A stretch of 13,839 bases of DNA from Candidatus Hermodarchaeota archaeon (lineage in GTDB: Archaea; Asgardarchaeota; Lokiarchaeia; Sigyniarchaeales; SOKP01), in the NCBI GenBank assembly GCA_048885925.1, contig JBHLLG010000073.1, positions 1 through 13,839 on the forward strand, in the 5' to 3' direction. The position numbers and the translations under genes are program-made. Positions 9,198 to 13,839 of the stretch are shown piece by piece. Each line of letters starts with the position of its first letter. The first letter of the stretch is position 1. The notes under the pieces are model-generated. The model was not told the DNA's origin. It did no database searches and saw nothing but the letters and a program-made list of their open reading frames with translations.

Positions 9198-9437
9198 ATG
9201 AATTCTAGAAAGAAAATTGAATTAATTTCTGAAATTTTAGATCGATATGATGATGGAGTTTGCTTTTATTGTGCAAGCACCTTAAATGGTGATCTGGAAG
9301 ATGATGATTTTGATAATGGTTATCCTGAAGATTGGTGCCCTGATTGTTGCGAAAGTATTGACCCTGATGATGATTGGGAGGATGCTTGTTTAAAAGCAAT
9401 AGATAAAGTAATCCATGATGAAAAATTTCAACCATAA
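9198..9437 (+). CDS. Small, very acidic CxxC-x21-CxxCC protein (putative Zn/Fe-binding), function unknown
   Basis: 79 aa, ATG start, 24 Asp/Glu and 6 Cys; fills the gap between two co-oriented genes. Confidence 0.8.
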   Translation: MNSRKKIELISEILDRYDDGVCFYCASTLNGDLEDDDFDNGYPEDWCPDCCESIDPDDDWEDACLKAIDKVIHDEKFQP

Positions 9438-9454
9438 TTAAAAGTTGAGGATAA

Positions 9455-10285
9455 GTGGTAGTTTTAACAACAAAAACTCTTCTTGAAGGATTAGGTTTTA
9501 CAGAAAGCCCCCGTTGGCATAATGATAAACTTTGGTTTTCTGATATGGATGCACATAAAGTAATGACTGTAGATCTAAATGGAAACGTGGAAAAAATTTT
9601 AGAGATATCGAATCGAACTTCTGGATTGGGCTGGTTACCTGATGGAAGGTTATTAGTTGTTTCAATGGAAGATAGTAAAATACTTCGTCTTGATCCTGAA
9701 GGATTAACAGAACATGCAGACTTGAGTGGTCTTGCCGCTTTAAACTGCAATGATATGGTTGTTGATGATAAAGGGAGAGCTTATGTAGGAAATATGGGTT
9801 TTGATTTTTTTAGCCCCAAACCAAGTTTTACTCCCGCTGAAATTATTCTTGTAGACCCAGAAGGAGATGCTAAAATTGTTGCCGACAACTTAGCTTTCCC
9901 CAATGGGATGGTTATTACTCCAGATGGTAAAACTCTTATTGTTGGAGAAACTTTTGCTGTACGCCTTACAGCATTTAATATAAGAGAAGATGGTTCTCTC
10001 ACAGATCGTAGACTATGGGCCAATCTTAAGACTATTGCTCCTGACGGAATATGTCTAGATGCAGAAGGTGCGATTTGGGTTTCTGCTCCAGGACGTCATA
10101 GAGTTGCGCGCATACTTGAAGGTGGTAAAATTACTCATAAAGTTAAAATTGAGACCGATGCTTATGCTTGTATGCTTGGTGGACCTAACCGAGACATCCT
10201 TTTTATAGCAACATCCACTCCTGAAAGGATAAATGGACGGATAGAATATGTAAAGGTAGATATACCTGGTGCTGGTTTACCTTAA
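9455..10285 (+). CDS. SMP-30/gluconolactonase/LRE family beta-propeller protein
   Basis: LGFTESPRWH, LWFSDM, NCNDMVVD, LAFPNGMVIT, PDGICLDAEGAIWV, LGGPNRDILFI; GTG start with GAGG upstream. Confidence 0.93.
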   Translation: MVVLTTKTLLEGLGFTESPRWHNDKLWFSDMDAHKVMTVDLNGNVEKILEISNRTSGLGWLPDGRLLVVSMEDSKILRLDPEGLTEHADLSGLAALNCNDMVVDDKGRAYVGNMGFDFFSPKPSFTPAEIILVDPEGDAKIVADNLAFPNGMVITPDGKTLIVGETFAVRLTAFNIREDGSLTDRRLWANLKTIAPDGICLDAEGAIWVSAPGRHRVARILEGGKITHKVKIETDAYACMLGGPNRDILFIATSTPERINGRIEYVKVDIPGAGLP

Positions 10286-10338
10286 TATCTTAACAAAATG
10301 AATCACAAATAAAAAGTTATTAGAAATTTTTAATAAAA

Positions 10339-10815
10339 ATGAGTGAAAACAGAAAAGAAATCGCACCATATGACTATATAGAATATTTCGAGAGAAATAC
10401 AGCCTTAATGGTAACTATGGATAAAGGTGAAAAACTTAATGTTATGGCTCTAGATTGGAAGAAACTATTTGATTATAAAGGCAAACCAACAATTCGGGTT
10501 CAAGTAGCATATAGCCGATATACCTATACTTGTGTTACTGAAGGAGAAAAAGAATTTACAATAAATATTCCCTCTGATAAAATATCTGATGCTATTGATA
10601 TTGCAGGATCATATTCAGGGAGAAGTAAAAACAAAATTAAAATGGCGGGTTTGGAAGTTATTCCAAGCAGAACTACTAAAGTTCCTACTCTAAAACATTG
10701 TCTTTTAAATTATGAATGCAAAATTATTTACAATGAAAAGTCAAACATGAGTAGTCATCACTATTTTTATGGAAATATCTTAGCTGCTTATGCTTCTAAT
10801 GAAATTAAAAATTAA
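10339..10815 (+). CDS. Flavin reductase-like FMN-binding split-barrel protein (flavoredoxin-like)
   Basis: LNVMALDW, SRYT, EFTINIP, AGSYSGR..NK, KVPTL, YECKI, HHYFYGNI match the family layout. Confidence 0.85.
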   Translation: MSENRKEIAPYDYIEYFERNTALMVTMDKGEKLNVMALDWKKLFDYKGKPTIRVQVAYSRYTYTCVTEGEKEFTINIPSDKISDAIDIAGSYSGRSKNKIKMAGLEVIPSRTTKVPTLKHCLLNYECKIIYNEKSNMSSHHYFYGNILAAYASNEIKN

Positions 10816-10829
10816 ACTTTTAACTTATT

Positions 10830-11246
10830 TTAAATTTCTTTTTCACAGAAACACACTGAACTACTTAAAATCTTTTCACCACAAGGGCATTCTTCAGGAT
10901 GATCATATTTTTCACAGATTTTATTTATTGTTTCACATGAAAAGAGTAAACTAAATTTATCACTTTCAATGTGAGCTATAGTTCGATCGAGTCCTAACTC
11001 GTAATGTAATAGAAGTTCCAGCAGCCTGCTATGCCGATTCAACTCTTTTGCCAATTCAATACCCTCTTTAGTTAAATTTACTTCATGATATGGCTCATAA
11101 TTAACAAAATTGCGCTGTTGAAGTCGTTTAATACAACTACCAAGGGTGGAATGTGGTATATTTAACTCTTTTTTTATTTCACCAATTTTCATCGACTTAT
11201 GTGATTTAAATAAAAATTTAATAACTTGGCAATCCAAATCTAACAT
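10830..11246 (-). CDS. DtxR/MntR-family metal-dependent transcriptional regulator (no SH3-like domain)
   Basis: Winged HTH (IGEIKKELNIPHSTL...RL...FVNYEPYHEVNLTKEG), RHSRLLELLL..LG, HPEECPCG; strong GGAGGAG SD. Confidence 0.88.
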   Translation of the reverse strand: MLDLDCQVIKFLFKSHKSMKIGEIKKELNIPHSTLGSCIKRLQQRNFVNYEPYHEVNLTKEGIELAKELNRHSRLLELLLHYELGLDRTIAHIESDKFSLLFSCETINKICEKYDHPEECPCGEKILSSSVCFCEKEI

Positions 11247-11276
11247 TTTTTAAACTCCTCCATTGTTATTGAATGA

Positions 11277-12035
11277 TTAATGTTCATGTCCTCCAAGTGT
11301 TAATATAGTTCCCATAATGATAATACCTAACATCACTAAAATCAATTGTTTTATGATTTCTTTCGTATCTGTCTTTTCATGTAATTTTGGTGTTAAATCC
11401 GATAATGCTATATAAATAAAACTGGCTGATGAGATTGCTAAAAATATTGGTGTGAGAAATTCAAAAATACCAATAATGTAATAGCTAATAATAGCAGCAG
11501 GTATTGTAGATAGACTGGATATTAAATTATAGATAAATGCTTTTTTTTTTATCATTCCACTGTGAATAAGTATGCCAAAATCGCCTATCTCCTGAGGAAT
11601 TTCATGAATTATTATTGTTATGCCAATTGCAATACCGATATTAAAATCTGTAATAAAGGCAGTTGCAATAAGAATTCCATCTGTAAAATTGTGAAAAGCA
11701 TCCCCTACAAGAATTATTGGTGCTGAAGCATAACTGTGAACATCACAACTGTTATTTTGGCAATTTCGCCAAATTACAAATTTCTCTAAGAAAAAGAAAA
11801 ATAGAATACTTCCTAATACAAAATACATTAATGAATGAGGATCACCTGCCCAACTCTCGATCGCTTCAGGAATTAAACCTAAAAATGAAGCAGTAAGTAA
11901 TACACCTGTAGCAAATGAAATTAAAGCAGAAACAATAACTTTTTGTATATTTTCATTAAAGCGAATGAATCCTGAAGCTGCAAGTATAGCCCCTACACTT
12001 CCTAAAACAGCAAATAAGATTATCCACAGAAAAAT
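11277..12035 (-). CDS. ZIP-family (ZupT/GufA-like) divalent metal transporter, 252 aa; proposed ATT start at 12035 (alternative CTG 12029)
   Basis: TM4 GDAFHNFTDG and TM5 HEIPQEIGDF. Upstream 69 open codons encode TM1-TM2 including LISFATGVLLTASFLGLIPEA, which the 183-aa ORF lacks. Confidence 0.9.
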   Translation of the reverse strand: MFLWIILFAVLGSVGAILAASGFIRFNENIQKVIVSALISFATGVLLTASFLGLIPEAIESWAGDPHSLMYFVLGSILFFFFLEKFVIWRNCQNNSCDVHSYASAPIILVGDAFHNFTDGILIATAFITDFNIGIAIGITIIIHEIPQEIGDFGILIHSGMIKKKAFIYNLISSLSTIPAAIISYYIIGIFEFLTPIFLAISSASFIYIALSDLTPKLHEKTDTKEIIKQLILVMLGIIIMGTILTLGGHEH

Positions 12036-12098
12036 TTCTTATCACTTCCATTAAATCAAAAATTGTTCTTTTTAATCTAATTTCAAAAGATTCTTAAA

Positions 12099-12118
12099 TT
12101 TTACGAATATTCGTAAAA
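12099..12118. promoter_or_regulatory. Perfect 20-bp palindrome TTTTACGAAT/ATTCGTAAAA, candidate operator for the DtxR-family regulator
   Basis: Exact dyad 64 nt upstream of the ZIP start, in the divergent ZIP/SCP2 intergenic region. Confidence 0.65.
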
Positions 12119-12252
12119 AATCTTTTTCTTAAAAAAATTAGTTTGAAATTCAATTCCTATTCATTATTAGAATTTTTTTATTCGAAGATTATATATAATA
12201 TTTAAAGTATTCTTCATAAATAGAATATAGAAAAGAGGGGTAGAAAAGGAAA

Positions 12253-12705
12253 GTGGTAAAAGTAAAATATGGAACTCAAGAGTTTGTGGATGCTTATCGT
12301 GATGCTCTTAATAAAAATGAAAATTATAAAGATGCTGCCGCTGATTGGGAAGGTGACTTTCTCTGGGTAGCTACTCCAAACGGACCATTAAAAGAAGAAC
12401 AGAGAATGTGGATTGGACTCTATCATGGTAAATGTACAGGTTGTAAGGTATTAAATCCAAAAGATAAAGTAAAATTATTAAAACCAGGAGAAAAAAAGAG
12501 TGGAGAAGGTTATGAAGTTGAATATATATACACTACTGATTATGAAACATGGAAAAAAATCACTTTAGGAGAAGCTGATTCTATTAGAATGATATTAAGT
12601 GGTAAAGCAAAACTCGAAGGCAATATGGCAAAAGTTCTGAAATATACTAGAGCAGCTACAGAGCTGACAGTTTCTGCTCAAAAGCTTGATATAGAATGGC
12701 TCTAA
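12253..12705 (+). CDS. SCP2 sterol/lipid-binding domain protein
   Basis: LNKNENYKDAAADWEGDF, IGLYHGKC, DYETWKKITLGEADSIRMILSGKAKLEGNMAKVLK match the SCP2 pattern; GTG start. Confidence 0.85.
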   Translation: MVKVKYGTQEFVDAYRDALNKNENYKDAAADWEGDFLWVATPNGPLKEEQRMWIGLYHGKCTGCKVLNPKDKVKLLKPGEKKSGEGYEVEYIYTTDYETWKKITLGEADSIRMILSGKAKLEGNMAKVLKYTRAATELTVSAQKLDIEWL

Positions 12706-12788
12706 ATATTATTTATTTTCAAAATTTAATTTTTTAATAATCTTTCATGCAGTTCTTCCTTATATTTTCGAAATTTCTAATATCTCAT

Positions 12789-13016
12789 ATGAGCTCCAAT
12801 TTTATTATTAAGGATCAAAGTAAATCTGACCCCATAAGTATTGTTAAAGGGTATTATGTAAGAGAAATACGAAAAACTGTATTTCTAAAACTTCTTAACG
12901 GAAAATTCATTTGCTTTCCAAAAACTACCATTAACACCGAATTTTCTCATAACAAAGATCAACTTCAAGAATTTATTATCGATGATTGAATTCTACGAAA
13001 ACTTGGTTTAATTTAA
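12789..13016 (+). pseudogene. Small hypothetical protein; frame ends at TGA 12987-12989 or continues (IIDD*ILRKLGLI) to TAA 13016
   Basis: Likely start ATG 12789 (MSSNF...; alternative 12747). Eight further protein-like codons follow the TGA. Truncated versus intact status cannot be decided from sequence alone. Confidence 0.4.
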
Positions 13017-13182
13017 TAATTTGATAAATTTATAGTTAAAAAGACGGAGAAATCAAGTTTCGAGTATTCGTTTCAATTTATAATATCCCTAAAGAATAAA
13101 TCTTGTTAAGAGACCTTAATAATGAGAAAAATCAATTAATGATTAAGGTAAAGTTATTATCTATATTAGAGGTTAATTCATC

Positions 13183-13839
13183 ATTAAGAAACCGCTTATC
13201 TTAACTTGTATAAATTGTGAAAAAAAGTTTGAATTTACCTCTATTCAACATAAATGCCCCGATTGCGAAGGAGTATTATGGTTTGAATCTGATTTAGAGG
13301 TCGTTAAGGGGAAATTCCGAGAAATTAAAGATCCACAGAAGTTTTGGGACTATAAAATAACGTTTCCTCAAATAGAAGAGGATTTTATTATTTCCTTAGG
13401 AGAAGGGGGCACTCCATGTAGAAATTCGAAAAAATATGGAGAAAAAATAGGCTTAGAAAAGTTATTTTTTAAGGATGAAACTCAAAATCCAACTAATTCT
13501 TTTAAAGATCGTGCCGCAGCATTGTTAGTTTCTCACGCTAGGAGTTGGGATTTTGAAAAAATAGTCTGTGCTTCTAATGGGAATCAAGGTGCCTCAATCG
13601 CAGCTTATTCTTCTCTTGAAGGAATCGAATGTTCCAATATAATTCCTAAAGAGATTGATGTTGGGAAAAAAGCTCAAATGATAGCATACAATTCTGATTT
13701 AAAAATTATCGGAGAAACCGTTGATGATGCTATTGATTACGTTTTAAATAACAAAAATTTTGAAGATTATTACCAAGCTACTCCAGAATTAAATCCCCTT
13801 ACATTAGAAGCACAAAAAACTATTGCTTTTGAAATTGTA
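13183..13839 (+). CDS. thrC: Threonine synthase-like fold-type II PLP enzyme, 3'-truncated by the window; absent from the ORF track; proposed ATT 13183 (or ATC 13180) start
   Basis: N-terminal CINC...CPDCEG ribbon, FWDY, ISLGEGGTP, LFFKDETQNPTNSFKDR (PLP Lys at 13504-13506), ASNGNQGASIAAY, NPLTLEAQKTIAFEI. Confidence 0.88.
   Translation, partial: MKKPLILTCINCEKKFEFTSIQHKCPDCEGVLWFESDLEVVKGKFREIKDPQKFWDYKITFPQIEEDFIISLGEGGTPCRNSKKYGEKIGLEKLFFKDETQNPTNSFKDRAAALLVSHARSWDFEKIVCASNGNQGASIAAYSSLEGIECSNIIPKEIDVGKKAQMIAYNSDLKIIGETVDDAIDYVLNNKNFEDYYQATPELNPLTLEAQKTIAFEIV

Noticed and set aside
9205-10023. Minus-strand ORFs 9205-9750 and 9781-10023
   Set aside because: Antisense to the acidic protein and gluconolactonase; the His-rich run mirrors GAT-GAT (Asp) codons.
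13113-13149. SECIS element recoding TGA 12987 as selenocysteine
   Set aside because: ATGA...GA is present within a hairpin, but only 15 unpaired nt separate them, so there is no upper helix; the TGA context has no redox-type Cys motif.
1-13839. CRISPR array, tRNA/rRNA, transposase or integrase
   Set aside because: No regularly spaced direct repeats, GC-rich structured RNA segments or mobile-element motifs seen by eye.

Overview
Very AT-rich, gene-dense archaeal window, most consistent with an Asgard archaeon (Lokiarchaeia-like). That placement is an inference from a Ras/Rab-like small GTPase, long coiled-coil orphans, an SCP2 protein, GGTGA/GAGG ribosome-binding motifs and TTTAAA/TTATA boxes. 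The left part is all minus strand: Rab-like GTPase with a helical tail, an 11-residue-repeat coiled-coil protein, PfkB kinase, a membrane-anchored long coiled-coil protein, an extended APC permease, a PHP hydrolase and the start of a further gene. The plus strand then carries a nitronate monooxygenase/FabK-like enzyme, a small acidic Cys protein, an SMP-30/gluconolactonase and a flavin reductase-like protein. These are followed by a convergent ZIP transporter-DtxR pair with a perfect 20-bp palindrome upstream, an SCP2 protein, a small ORF that may continue past a TGA, and a threonine synthase-like gene running off the end. Main observation: three genes (repeat protein, ZIP transporter, threonine synthase) have open frames with clear protein content well upstream of any ATG/GTG/TTG. 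Each begins at an ATT codon just after an SD-like motif and an in-frame stop, which suggests routine AUU initiation. No rRNA, tRNA, CRISPR array or mobile element was recognised.
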